From: Mesorhizobium sp.
Lineage (GTDB): Bacteria > Pseudomonadota > Alphaproteobacteria > Rhizobiales > Rhizobiaceae
Length of the DNA: 64,000 nucleotides
Assembly: GCF_004017535.1 (NCBI RefSeq)
Contig: NZ_SAJS01000016.1
Strand: one strand, 5' to 3'
In this document: positions 1 to 9,533 of the stretch, one piece after another
Layout: the number at the start of each line of letters is the position of its first letter
How positions within the stretch are numbered: the first letter of the stretch is position 1
The notes under the pieces: generated by a model
Told to the model about the DNA's origin: nothing
Databases searched by the model: none
The model's input: the letters and a program-made list of their open reading frames with translations, nothing else
Position numbers and translations under genes: made by a program

Positions 1-949
1 GATCACCAAGCTGACCGAGAAATTCCTGCATGCGCCGGTGCGCGTCGAAGTCTCGAAGGCCGCCTCCACCGCGACCAGCATCACGCAGCGCCTGGTGAAG
101 TCCGGCAAAAAGCCCTGGGAGAAGCGCGAGACGCTGCGCAACCTGATCAAGGCCGAAGACGCCGATCTGAAGAACGCCATCATCTTCTGCAACCGCAAGG
201 TCGAGGTGTCGGAGCTGTTCCGCTCGTTGCTCAAGCATGATTTCGACGCCGGCGCCCTGCATGGCGACATGGACCAGCGTGCGCGCATGCAGATGCTCAA
301 CAATTTCCGCGACGGCAAGCTGCGCTATCTCGTTGCCTCGGACGTCGCCGCGCGCGGCCTTGACATTCCCGATGTCAGCCATGTCTTCAACTACGACGTG
401 CCGATCCATGCCGAGGACTATGTCCACCGCATCGGCCGCACCGGCCGGGCCGGGCGCGCGGGCAAGTCCTTCACCATCGCCACCCGCGCCGACACCAAAT
501 ATGTCGACGCGATCGAGAGGCTGATCGGCACCAAGATCGAATGGCATGACGGCGACCTGTCGACCGTGACCGAAAGCGAAGGCGAGGAGCAGCCGCGCCG
601 CGGCCGCGGCGCGCCGCGTCGCGCCGGCCGCAAGGACGACGACCGCAAGGACGATCGCAAAGAACGCGGCGAGCGCCGGAAGGACCGCCACGCCAAGCGC
701 GACGAGACGCCCGAGACCGTGCGCGAAGAGCTGCCCGTCGCTGAAGTGGCCGACATCGCCGAACGCCGCGCCCGCAAGGACGCGATCCGTTCCGAGAACG
801 AGCGCAAGGGCTCCGGCGAGCGTCATGAGCAGCGCGGCGACGCCCGTCCGCAACGCGATCGCCCCGGCCGCCATCGCGAGGAGGACGACGCGACCGTCGG
901 CTTCGGCGATGATGTGCCGGCGTTCATGCGGATCGTCGCGAAGGTCTGA
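1..949 (+). CDS. DEAD-box ATP-dependent RNA helicase, C-terminal part (5' end outside window)
   Basis: Frame open from nt 2. Helicase C-domain motifs VASDVAARGLD and HRIGRTGRAG, then an Arg/Asp/Glu-rich tail. Stop TGA 947-949. Confidence 0.9.
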   Translation, partial: ITKLTEKFLHAPVRVEVSKAASTATSITQRLVKSGKKPWEKRETLRNLIKAEDADLKNAIIFCNRKVEVSELFRSLLKHDFDAGALHGDMDQRARMQMLNNFRDGKLRYLVASDVAARGLDIPDVSHVFNYDVPIHAEDYVHRIGRTGRAGRAGKSFTIATRADTKYVDAIERLIGTKIEWHDGDLSTVTESEGEEQPRRGRGAPRRAGRKDDDRKDDRKERGERRKDRHAKRDETPETVREELPVAEVADIAERRARKDAIRSENERKGSGERHEQRGDARPQRDRPGRHREEDDATVGFGDDVPAFMRIVAKV

Positions 950-977
950 AGTTTTCCGCAAGTACGGGCCAGAAATG

Positions 978-1008
978 GAAACGGCCCCAAACGGGGCCGT
1001 TTCTCTTT
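978..1008 (+). terminator. Rho-independent terminator hairpin between convergent genes
   Basis: Perfect 11-bp stem GAAACGGCCCC/GGGGCCGTTTC, loop AAAC, then TCTTT. Lies 29 nt after the helicase stop. Confidence 0.8.
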
Positions 1009-1030
1009 AAGCTGCTTTGCTCGCCCTGCC

Positions 1031-1639
1031 CTACATCGGTCCAGGCATCATCTTGGTCGGTTTCTCCAGCATCGGGAATTCGGCCTTGGTGCATTTCACG
1101 TTCGGGTTCGTCGGAGTGAACATGCCGTTCGGATTATCCCTGAACAGCCAGGCATGCAGGTCATAGTGGACGAACTCCCTCGGGATGAGCGGGTAGTGTC
1201 CTTCCATCGGCCCCATGAATTTCTGGCCGAACAGCGTTGGAACTTCCTTCACGTCCGGGCTCAAGGGCACCAGCCATTCCACGCCCACCAGTTTCAAGCC
1301 TTTCTTGGTCGGCTCGTAGATCAGGACGTTGGGCTTCATCGGGTCGAGCGGCTTGCCGATGCTCGGGACATTGACGAAGTGGACGCCCATGGCCCCCTTA
1401 GGATAGTACATCGCGCCGTCAATCTTCTCGCCGGCATAGTAGACGCAGCCTTCGGTCGACAGATAGAGGTCTCGGATGGCGGCGGTGTAATCTTCATATT
1501 TGGCCAGGGATTTCTTCAGGGCTTCGATATCGGGCTTGTTGGTATCCTCGGCCCGAGCCGTGGCGGCTCCGAGCCATGCGCCAATAAGGCCAGTCAAAAC
1601 GAGGACGCCGCAGCGCCCAAGGCGAGCTGTTCTTGTCAT
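1031..1639 (-). CDS. secreted hypothetical protein
   Basis: ORF 1031..1675 trimmed to ATG 1639, which is preceded by GGGAGGAA. N-terminal signal peptide ending ATARA/ED. No family recognised by eye. Confidence 0.6.
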   Translation of the reverse strand: MTRTARLGRCGVLVLTGLIGAWLGAATARAEDTNKPDIEALKKSLAKYEDYTAAIRDLYLSTEGCVYYAGEKIDGAMYYPKGAMGVHFVNVPSIGKPLDPMKPNVLIYEPTKKGLKLVGVEWLVPLSPDVKEVPTLFGQKFMGPMEGHYPLIPREFVHYDLHAWLFRDNPNGMFTPTNPNVKCTKAEFPMLEKPTKMMPGPM

Positions 1640-1821
1640 GCATTCCTCCCAGATTTCCTTGATCTGGCCGTGCAAGACCGGGGCGGCAGATGCTGATTGC
1701 GCGGCCGGTTTGACCGCCCCATCCCCTCTGGAACAGCGGAATGGTAGTCCTTTCCCTGGATTTGAAAAGTATCAATTAGAACAAGCTAATGTCCTAAGAC
1801 CTTTGACCCATCTTGGACACG

Positions 1822-1851
1822 CCAACAAAAGACGGCCCCGTGCGGGACCGT
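1822..1851 (-). terminator. Rho-independent terminator downstream of the OmpA-family gene
   Basis: Minus strand reads ACGGUCCC-GCAC-GGGGCCGU (8 bp including one G-U) followed by CUUUUGUUGG. Lies 38 nt after the stop at 1889. Confidence 0.6.
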
Positions 1852-1888
1852 TTTGCTTTGATGGCGCTGCGCTGTTAGCGCGGCCTAC

Positions 1889-2539
1889 TCAGGTGAGCGG
1901 CGACAGCTGGATTTCGACGCGCCGATTCTGCTCGCGGCCGGCGGCCGTGGCATTGGATGCGATCGGGCGCGTCTTGCCGAACCCGGTGACGGCGAAGCGG
2001 CGCTGATCGACGCCCTGGCCGGCGAGATAATTGGCGACGGCGAGTGCGCGGCGCTGCGACAAGTCGAAATTGTGCTCGTCGCTGCCGGTCGAATCGGTGT
2101 GGCCGAACACGTCCACCGTCGTCTGGCGGAACTTCTTCAGCACCAGCGCGACCGAATTCAGCACCGGATAGAAGCCCGGCTTCACCGCGTCCTGGTCGAC
2201 GTTGAAAGTGATGTCGGACGGCATGTTGAGGATGATCTGGTCGCCGCTGCGGGTGACGCTGACGCCGGTACCCTGCAGCTGGCGGCGAAGCTCGGCCTCG
2301 TTCTGGTCCATGGTCGCGCCGATCGCGCCTCCGGCCAGCGCGCCGATGCCGGCGCCGATCAACGCATTGCGGCGGTCATTGCCGCCGGCGAGCAAACCAA
2401 GGCTGGCACCTGCCAGCGCGCCAAGGCCGGCGCCGGCTGCCGTGTTGGAAATCTTCTGGTCGCCGGTGTACGGATCGGTGGTGGTGCAGGCGCTCACCAG
2501 CACAGCCGTCGCCACGACGACGAGCACGGTCTTCTTCAT
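1889..2539 (-). CDS. OmpA-family lipoprotein with Gly-zipper region
   Basis: Lipobox VSAC, Gly/Ala-rich segment, and a C-terminal OmpA_C peptidoglycan-binding domain (GHTDSTGSDEHNFDLSQRRA...NRRVEI). RBS GGAGAGGGA. Confidence 0.85.
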   Translation of the reverse strand: MKKTVLVVVATAVLVSACTTTDPYTGDQKISNTAAGAGLGALAGASLGLLAGGNDRRNALIGAGIGALAGGAIGATMDQNEAELRRQLQGTGVSVTRSGDQIILNMPSDITFNVDQDAVKPGFYPVLNSVALVLKKFRQTTVDVFGHTDSTGSDEHNFDLSQRRALAVANYLAGQGVDQRRFAVTGFGKTRPIASNATAAGREQNRRVEIQLSPLT

Positions 2540-2674
2540 GAGATTGGTCCCTCTCCAGTTCGCGGCCCTTGCGACCGCGCCAAATCAGCCCTTCCGCAGC
2601 CTTGTAGCATGAAATGCGGCGAAAAACGGAACGGGAATGCAGCCGCAAAACCGGTCAGCCGTTCCCGCTTCCCT

Positions 2675-3043
2675 CTACCACAGATTCTTGCCGTCGATGA
2701 CCACCACCTCGACCTTGTCCAGGTCGAAATCGTCGAACAGGCGCGAATTGACGCTGATCTTCGGGTTGTCGAAATCCGGCTTTCCGGTCGACCAGTCAGG
2801 CGTCTCGGTGAAGGTGCCGCAACCGCAAGTGGCGCAGAAACCATGCTTCACGGTCTTCGAGCCCCAGCGATAGAAGGAGACGTTCTCCGGCGGGCTCGTG
2901 AGCTTGAACTGCGACGGGACATAGTAGGCCCACAGCGACCCGCGTTTCGAGCAGAACGAACATGTGCATTGCGTCACCGTCTGCGGCGCCTCGGCAACCT
3001 CGAAGGTTGTCGCCTTGCAGTGGCAGCTGCCTTTGATGGTCAT
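2675..3043 (-). CDS. GFA (glutathione-dependent formaldehyde-activating / CENP-V-like) family protein
   Basis: Zn-binding Cys pattern GSCHC...CTCSFC...CATCG. RBS GGAGAGG precedes the ATG. Confidence 0.8.
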   Translation of the reverse strand: MTIKGSCHCKATTFEVAEAPQTVTQCTCSFCSKRGSLWAYYVPSQFKLTSPPENVSFYRWGSKTVKHGFCATCGCGTFTETPDWSTGKPDFDNPKISVNSRLFDDFDLDKVEVVVIDGKNLW

Positions 3044-3194
3044 GAACGCACCTCTCCGTTGTCCGCCGCCACGCCGGAACCCAATGACGGCAGGGCAACA
3101 TAAAGAAGCGGTCCTGACAACTGCCAGTCAGCAGCGTCGGCGGATATGCTGGCTCGCTCGAAGCCTCCCGCGCTTCGCCTTTTTCTCGCCAGGT

Positions 3195-3572
3195 CTAGTA
3201 AGAGGGCGGCGGCACGAACAGGCAGATGGTCTTGCCGGCGTCGAGTCCGGCCTGATGCGCGCACCAATGATATTCGCCGTCGGGCGAATTCTTGATCCGC
3301 TTGTCGCTATAGGCCACCACCTCGCCCGTGCCTTTTATGACATAGCCGTCGGGCCGCTCGCTGATCGATGACTGCGGCACCTCCTTGCAGTCGAAGTTGG
3401 CGCAGCAGGCAAAGGGGTATTTCCAGCCTTGCGGCATGGCCGCCGTGGGCTGGGCGTCGTGCGCGACGGCAGGCGGCGCCAGCACCGAGACGGCTCCAAC
3501 AGCGAAGAGGGAGAACAAAAGTCGGCCAGCCGGTCGAACGGCTTGGGCCGATCTTGATATGGCAGCAGACAT
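3195..3572 (-). CDS. small Cys-rich secreted hypothetical protein
   Basis: ORF 3195..3803 trimmed to ATG 3572. Signal peptide ...APPAVA/HD. The mature part has 6 Cys (FACCANFDC...WCAH...ICLF). No family recognised. Confidence 0.5.
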   Translation of the reverse strand: MSAAISRSAQAVRPAGRLLFSLFAVGAVSVLAPPAVAHDAQPTAAMPQGWKYPFACCANFDCKEVPQSSISERPDGYVIKGTGEVVAYSDKRIKNSPDGEYHWCAHQAGLDAGKTICLFVPPPSY

Positions 3573-3869
3573 CGAAGCGTTCCTTTCGAGCATCAAGCGT
3601 TTCAGCTTGCCCGTTCCCGGAACGTGTCTTCCCAGTGGCCGGATCGTCGGTCGCAGTTTACGCCGCGTCCGGCCATAAATGCTTCTATCCCACAGCTCGG
3701 ATGCTGAGCTGATTCCATAGCCAGAGCAAGAAGTGGGTGCGCCATGGCGACGCGCCGGTTTCAACCTTCGGCGACGGAAAGGATGCGCAAACCCGGCCGG
3801 CAAAAACCAGACGACGGCCTGCGCCCAGGGTGCCTAAGAACGAAGTTCCTCCAAAGGAAGTTCCGGCCT

Positions 3870-4286
3870 TCAGCCGTCGGCGTGTTCACGATGTTGCGGC
3901 AGGTCGTCTGTAATCGTGAACCACGGCGCCTTTGAACCGACGAAGATATGTGCGCTCGGGCGAATGCCTGGATCGTCCATCAGCGTCCCCATGGCGACAT
4001 GGACATAGGCGCCTTCGCGGACCAACGAATAGACGAGCGAGCCGCAGCGGCCGCAATGCGCGTCATGGCCGCTCTCCTCGCCGAAGATCAGCAGCCTGTC
4101 GTCGCCGGCGGTGAGACGGAACTTGCCGCGCTCGATGCCGGCGAAGGGCTTGAACGCAGACCCTGTCGTGCGGCGGCAGTTGGAGCAGTGGCAGTTCGCG
4201 GCATAGACGAATTCGTCCGCCACTTCATAGTGAACGGCGCCGCAGAAGCATTTCCCGGTAAGTTTGCGCGTCACCGGCTCATCCAT
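3870..4286 (-). CDS. GFA family protein (paralogue of 2675..3043)
   Basis: Cys motifs GKCFCG, CHCSNC and HCGRCG. RBS AGGAGA. Starts 16 nt after the prfB stop. Confidence 0.8.
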   Translation of the reverse strand: MDEPVTRKLTGKCFCGAVHYEVADEFVYAANCHCSNCRRTTGSAFKPFAGIERGKFRLTAGDDRLLIFGEESGHDAHCGRCGSLVYSLVREGAYVHVAMGTLMDDPGIRPSAHIFVGSKAPWFTITDDLPQHREHADG

Positions 4287-4301
4287 GCGGCGCCAAGTCT
4301 C

Positions 4302-5433
4302 CTAATCCAGGTCCGCCACCGCTTCGCCTGCGCCACCCTCGATGCGATGCGAGAGCGAGGCTTCCATGAACTCGTCGAGGTCGCCGTCGAGCACGCTCGA
4401 CGGCGAGGTGCTTTCGACGCCGGTGCGCAGATCCTTCACGAGCTGATAGGGCTGCAGCACGTAGGAGCGGATCTGGTGGCCCCAGCCGATGTCGCTCTTC
4501 GAGGCTTCCGTGGCGTTGGCGACCGCCTCGCGCTTCTTCAGCTCTTCCTCGTAGAGGCGCGAGCGGAGCATTTCCCAAGCTTTGGCGCGGTTCTTGTGCT
4601 GCGAGCGCTCGGCCTGACAGGCAACCGCTATACCGGTCGCGAGATGGGTGATGCGCACCGCCGAGTCGGTGGTGTTGACATGCTGGCCGCCCGAACCCGA
4701 GGAACGATAGGTGTCGATGCGCACGTCGGATTCGGAAACGTTGATCTCGATCGAGTCGTCGATGACGGGATAGACCCAGACGCTGGCGAAGGAGGTGTGG
4801 CGCCGCGCGTTGCTATCGTAGGGCGAGATGCGCACCAGGCGATGGACGCCGGATTCCGTCTTCAGCCAGCCATAGGCGTTGTGGCCCTTGATCAGCACGG
4901 TGGCGGACTTGATGCCCGCCTCCTCCCCGTCATGGACTTCCAGCACCTCGACCTTGAAGCGGCGGCGCTCGGCCCAGCGCGTGTACATGCGCAGGAGCAT
5001 CGAGGCCCAGTCCTGGCTTTCGGTGCCGCCCGCGCCGGCATGGATTTCGAGATAGGTGTCGTTGGCGTCGGCTTCGCCGGAGAGCAGCGTCTCGACTTGC
5101 CGAGCCTTCGCCTCGCCCTGCATCGAGCGCAGCGCCGCCTCCGCTTCCGCGATGATGCCGTCGTCGCCCTCTTCCTCGCCGAGCTCGATCAGGCCGATAT
5201 TGTCTTCCAGAGCCTGGGTCAGCCCCTTGACGGCGGCTATGCCGTCCTCGAGCTCCTGGCGCTCCCGCATCAGCTTCTGCGCTTCGATCGGATCATTCCA
5301 GAGGCTGGAATCCTCGGCGCGCGAATTCAGGTATTCAAGCCGCTTTACAGCCTGATCCCAGTCAAAGATGCCTCCTCAGCAGGGTTATCGCCTGCCTGAT
5401 CTCGTCGACAATGTTGAGCGTTTCCGCGCGCAT
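4302..5433 (-). CDS. prfB: peptide chain release factor 2 (requires programmed +1 frameshift at 5361-5367)
   Basis: SPF-like region and the GGQ motif ([16 protein letters not shown]). The N-terminal 23 codons are in another frame and end at CTT TGA C. The frames join exactly. Confidence 0.95.
5361..5376 (-). promoter_or_regulatory. prfB: RF2 autoregulatory +1 frameshift site with internal SD-like element
   Basis: Minus strand reads AGG AGG CAT CTT TGA C. The in-frame TGA is at 5362-5364. This is the same architecture as the classical E. coli prfB site. Confidence 0.9.
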
Positions 5434-5508
5434 GGCTTTTCGTTCGGTCCTGTTCTTTTCGGTCTTTTCGGAATAGGCGCGATACATAGGCACGGCACCG
5501 CCGCCTGT

Positions 5509-5545
5509 AAAGCGAAATGGGCCGGCGGTTTCGCGCCGGCCCATT
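5509..5545 (-). terminator. Rho-independent terminator after mrcA
   Basis: Minus strand has a 12-bp stem AAUGGGCCGGCG/CGCCGGCCCAUU with a 6-nt loop, followed by UCGCUUU. Lies 16 nt after the stop at 5561. Confidence 0.7.
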
Positions 5546-5560
5546 CCGGGATGCAGGAGA

Positions 5561-8017
5561 TCAGTAGAGCCCGCCGCCGCCGTCCTGGATGGCCTGGTTG
5601 GCCTGCGGCGACAGCGCGCCGCCCGAACCGTTGGAGCCATCCGCGCCCATGCCGATCACCCAGTAGCTGTCGGCCGGACCGGTGCCGGGCTTGAACGCCT
5701 CGACGATGGTGTTCGGGTCGCCTTCGGCGGCGCGCATGCCGGTCTTGCGGTTGATGGCGATGAGCTTCATGCCGTCCGGTACCTGGAAGTCGGTGTTCGG
5801 CTTGCCGTCCAGCGCCACGCGCATGAAATCCTTGAAGATCGGCGCGGCCAGACCGCCGCCCGTGGCGCCCTTGCCGAGGCCGCGCGGCGTGTCGTAGCCC
5901 ATGTAGAGACCGACGACGAGGTTAGGCGTGAAGCCGATGAACCAGGCGTCCTTTTCGTCATTGGTGGTGCCGGTCTTGCCGGCGATGTGGCGGCCGAGCT
6001 CGCCGATGGTAGCGCCGGTGCCGCGCTGGACCACGCCTTCCATCATCGAGGTGATCTGGTAGGCGGTCATCGGGTCGAGCACCTGCTCGGAATTGTCGAC
6101 CAGCTCCGGCTCGGGCTGGTTCTTCCATTCGGCGGCGTTGCAGCCTTCGCAGCCGCGCTCATCCTGCTTGAACACCGTCTTGCCGTAGCGGTCCTGGATG
6201 CGGTCGATGAGCGAGGGTTTGATGGATTTGCCGCCATTGGCCATGATCGAATAGGCCGAGACCATGCGCATGACGGTCGTCTCACCGGAGCCCAGCGCCA
6301 TCGGCAGATACGGCGCCAGATGATCGTAGACGCCGAAGCGCTCGGCATATTCCACGACCAGCTTCATGCCCATGTCGTTGGCGAGCCGGACCGTCATCAG
6401 GTTGCGCGACTTCTCGATGCCGGAGCGCAAGGTGGCCGGGCCAGCGACCGTGCCGTCATAGTTCTTCGGGGTCCAGGTGGTGTTGCCGCTCTGGATGGTG
6501 ATCGGGCCATCCATGATCACCGAGGCCGGCGTATAGCCATTGTCGAGCGCCGCCGAATAGACGATCGGCTTGAACGAGGAGCCGGGCTGACGCATCGCCT
6601 GGGTCGCGCGGTTGAACTCGGACTGCGCGTAGGAGAATCCGCCGACCATGGCTAGCACTCGCCCGGTATGCGGATCCATGGCGACGAGACCGCCTTCGAC
6701 CTCGGGCACCTGGCGCAGCATATAGGTGTTGTCGGAACCGTCATTCTTCTGCACGAAGACGACGTCGCCGGGCTCCAGCACCTCCGCCGGCGACTTCGCC
6801 CTGACGGATTTTCCGTTGACGAAATGGCGCATGGCGAAGCCCATATCGTCCTTGCTGACGGTGCCCTGGACGCGGTCCTTGACGAGCTCGCCGGAGACCT
6901 GCCGCGCCGGCTGGATGCCGATGGTCAGCCCGTCCGCCGAACTGTCGAGCACGACGGCAAGCGTCCATTCCGGCACGTCCTCGAGGCCTTTCACATTGCC
7001 GAGCGGCACGCCCCAGTCGCCCGAAATGTCAATATGCGTGACCGGACCGCGGTAGCCGCGCAGCATGTCGTATTTGAGCAGGCCGTTCTGCAGCGACTTG
7101 CGGGCGATAAGCTGGATGTTCGGATCGAGCGTGGTGCGCACCGACAGGCCGCCCTCATAGAGCGCGTTCTCGCCGTAGCGGGCGATGATCTGGCGGCGGA
7201 CTTCCTCGGTGAAATACTCGCCGGCAAACAGATAGGAGCCATTGCGGCGCGGCGTCACGCCAAGCGGCTCGGCCTTGGCCTTGGCGCCCTCCTCGCGGGT
7301 GACGTAGCCATTCTCGACCATCTGGTCGATGACCCAGTTGCGGCGCTCGATCGCCCGGTCGGCATGCTTGAAGGGATGATAATTGTTCGGGCCCTTGGGC
7401 AGCGAGGCGAGATAGGCGGCTTCCGCGACCGTCAGCTCGTTGACCGACTTGTCGAAATAGGTGAGCGCGGCACCGGCGACGCCATAAGCGCCGAAGCCGA
7501 AGAAGATTTCGTTGAGGTAGAGTTCGAGGATGCGGTCCTTGGAATAGGCCTGCTCGATGCGGAAGGCCAGGATCATCTCCTTGATCTTGCGCTCGTAGGT
7601 CTGGTCCGAGGTGAGCAGGAAGTTCTTGGCCACCTGCTGGGTGATGGTCGAAGCGCCGACCTGGCGCCGGCCCGAGCCGAGATTCTGCAGGTTGACGATG
7701 ATGGCGCGGCCGAGGCCGGTGACGTCGATGCCGGGGTGGTTGTAGAAGTTCTTGTCCTCAGCCGACATAAAAGCGGCCTTGACGCGGTCCGGGATGGCCT
7801 GGATCGGCAGATAGAGGCGCCGCTCGCGCGCATATTCCGCCATCAGCGAGCCGTCGGAGGCATGAATGCGCGTCGTCACCGGCGGTTCGTATTTGGCCAG
7901 AACCTCGTAGTCGGGCAGGTCCTTCGCCACATGGCTGATATAGATGGCAAGGCCGGCCGCCACCAGCAACGCCAGCGTCGTGCCGATGCCAAAGAAATAG
8001 CCGATGAGACGAATCAT
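5561..8017 (-). CDS. mrcA: penicillin-binding protein 1A (class A, bifunctional transglycosylase/transpeptidase)
   Basis: N-terminal TM segment, GT51 motifs (EDKNFYNHPGID, RKIKE), transpeptidase SxxK (PGSSFKP) and KTGT (GKTGTTND). Confidence 0.93.
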   Translation of the reverse strand: MIRLIGYFFGIGTTLALLVAAGLAIYISHVAKDLPDYEVLAKYEPPVTTRIHASDGSLMAEYARERRLYLPIQAIPDRVKAAFMSAEDKNFYNHPGIDVTGLGRAIIVNLQNLGSGRRQVGASTITQQVAKNFLLTSDQTYERKIKEMILAFRIEQAYSKDRILELYLNEIFFGFGAYGVAGAALTYFDKSVNELTVAEAAYLASLPKGPNNYHPFKHADRAIERRNWVIDQMVENGYVTREEGAKAKAEPLGVTPRRNGSYLFAGEYFTEEVRRQIIARYGENALYEGGLSVRTTLDPNIQLIARKSLQNGLLKYDMLRGYRGPVTHIDISGDWGVPLGNVKGLEDVPEWTLAVVLDSSADGLTIGIQPARQVSGELVKDRVQGTVSKDDMGFAMRHFVNGKSVRAKSPAEVLEPGDVVFVQKNDGSDNTYMLRQVPEVEGGLVAMDPHTGRVLAMVGGFSYAQSEFNRATQAMRQPGSSFKPIVYSAALDNGYTPASVIMDGPITIQSGNTTWTPKNYDGTVAGPATLRSGIEKSRNLMTVRLANDMGMKLVVEYAERFGVYDHLAPYLPMALGSGETTVMRMVSAYSIMANGGKSIKPSLIDRIQDRYGKTVFKQDERGCEGCNAAEWKNQPEPELVDNSEQVLDPMTAYQITSMMEGVVQRGTGATIGELGRHIAGKTGTTNDEKDAWFIGFTPNLVVGLYMGYDTPRGLGKGATGGGLAAPIFKDFMRVALDGKPNTDFQVPDGMKLIAINRKTGMRAAEGDPNTIVEAFKPGTGPADSYWVIGMGADGSNGSGGALSPQANQAIQDGGGGLY

Positions 8018-8246
8018 GCCCGCTCCAGTCCGAGGTTCGGGAATTTCCTAAACGAAGCCGGCAGTCGCGCAAGCTTCCCGGGGCGGTCCCAATCCGCAAT
8101 CAAAAGACCCATGTCGCGACCATGTGGACAAAATACGGCAGCGCGAGATTTGAGGACTCGGTCGCCGAATAATAACGCCGGGTGTTGTCGCCATGCAACG
8201 CCGCTTGTGGTTGTAGACCTCGGGCGGTTGTGGGTGCGTGGGCGGA

Positions 8247-9533
8247 TCAACCGCCCGTCGCCGTTCCGGCCTTGGCAGCGGCAAACAGGGCGACCGCGTT
8301 GGTTATGCTTTGCGCCGCCTTGCCGCGCCAATCGGCACTGAGCAATTGCGCCTCGTCCTTGCTGTTGGAGAGGTAGCCAAGCTCGACCAGAACGGACGGC
8401 ACGTCCGGAGCCTTGAGCACCTTGAAGCCGGCCGAGCGTTGCGGATTGTTGATGAGGCCGACGCTGGTCGACAATTGGCCGACCAGCGTATGGGCGAAGG
8501 TCATCGAGAAGCCATGCGTTTCCCGGCGGATCAGGTCGATCAGGATGTCGGTAACTTCCTTGTTGTCGTCCTCGATCTTCATCCCCGCGAACTGATCGGA
8601 CAGGTTCTCGCGATCGGCGAGCGCCTGGGCTTCCGGGTCGGAGGCTTTGTCCGAAAGCGTGTAGACCGTGGCGCCGCGAAGACCTTTGACGGCAATCGTG
8701 TCGGCGTGGATCGAGATCAGGAGATCGGCTTCGTGCTGGCGCGCGATGCGCACGCGCTCGTCAAGCGCCAGATAGACGTCGTCATCGCGGGTCATGAAGA
8801 CATCGTATTTTCCGACCGCGGCCAGCTTATCGCGCAGTTCCTTGGCAAAAGCGAGCGTGACGTCCTTCTCGACCGTGCCGGCTGAGCTTTCGGCGCCGCC
8901 ATCGACGCCGCCATGGCCAGGATCGATCACCACCGTGAAGCGATGACCGGGCGCCGAGACCGGCCCGGTGCCGACCCGCTCGCCTTTCTCGGTGGAGACC
9001 GTCGAACCGGTGGTCAGCGACTGGTTGGCCAGCGCCTCGTCGAACTCCCGCTCGGAGGCGGCCGACATGTCGATGGCGATGCGATAGCCGGTGCCGTCGT
9101 CATTCTTGAGCACGTCAAGCCTGTCGACGGCGAAAGGACCCTTGCCGGTGAGGATCAGGCGCGAACCATGTCCCTGATCGCCGTAGCGGACGGCCCGCAC
9201 AAGGCCACGCGGCTTCACATCCTTGGCCTCAAGGGCGAATCGCGTTCGCGGCAGGTCGATGACCAGCCGATTGGGGCCGCGCAACAAGAACCATTTGACG
9301 TCCGGCTCGCGGTCGAAATTAACGACGATGCGCATCTTGGTGGCGTCGCCGGCCATCTTGTAGGCGGTCGCGCCAAGCAGGCCGTCGGCGCGCGCGGCGG
9401 CCGCGAAACAAAGCAGCAGCGCCAGCATCAAGGCGGCCCAGGCCATGCGCGCGACATGCGCCGCGGCCCCGCCCCTCTTGTCCGCGCTGCCCGCCGATCC
9501 CATCTCTTGTCCGTCGCTCCCGGTTTGACGCAT
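8247..9533 (-). CDS. N-acetylmuramoyl-L-alanine amidase (AMIN domain + Amidase_3, AmiC-like)
   Basis: Signal/TM segment, AMIN-like domain (RIVVNFDREP...LVIDLP) and an Amidase_3 core (VVIDPGHGGVDGGA...SIHAD...E). The start could lie further downstream. Confidence 0.88.
   Translation of the reverse strand: MRQTGSDGQEMGSAGSADKRGGAAAHVARMAWAALMLALLLCFAAAARADGLLGATAYKMAGDATKMRIVVNFDREPDVKWFLLRGPNRLVIDLPRTRFALEAKDVKPRGLVRAVRYGDQGHGSRLILTGKGPFAVDRLDVLKNDDGTGYRIAIDMSAASEREFDEALANQSLTTGSTVSTEKGERVGTGPVSAPGHRFTVVIDPGHGGVDGGAESSAGTVEKDVTLAFAKELRDKLAAVGKYDVFMTRDDDVYLALDERVRIARQHEADLLISIHADTIAVKGLRGATVYTLSDKASDPEAQALADRENLSDQFAGMKIEDDNKEVTDILIDLIRRETHGFSMTFAHTLVGQLSTSVGLINNPQRSAGFKVLKAPDVPSVLVELGYLSNSKDEAQLLSADWRGKAAQSITNAVALFAAAKAGTATGG

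Noticed and set aside
5362-5640. 92-aa ORF upstream of prfB listed as a separate ORF.
   Set aside because: Only its last 23 codons, from ATG 5433, are real. They form the N-terminal frame of RF2 before the programmed +1 frameshift. The upstream extension runs through the mrcA terminator.
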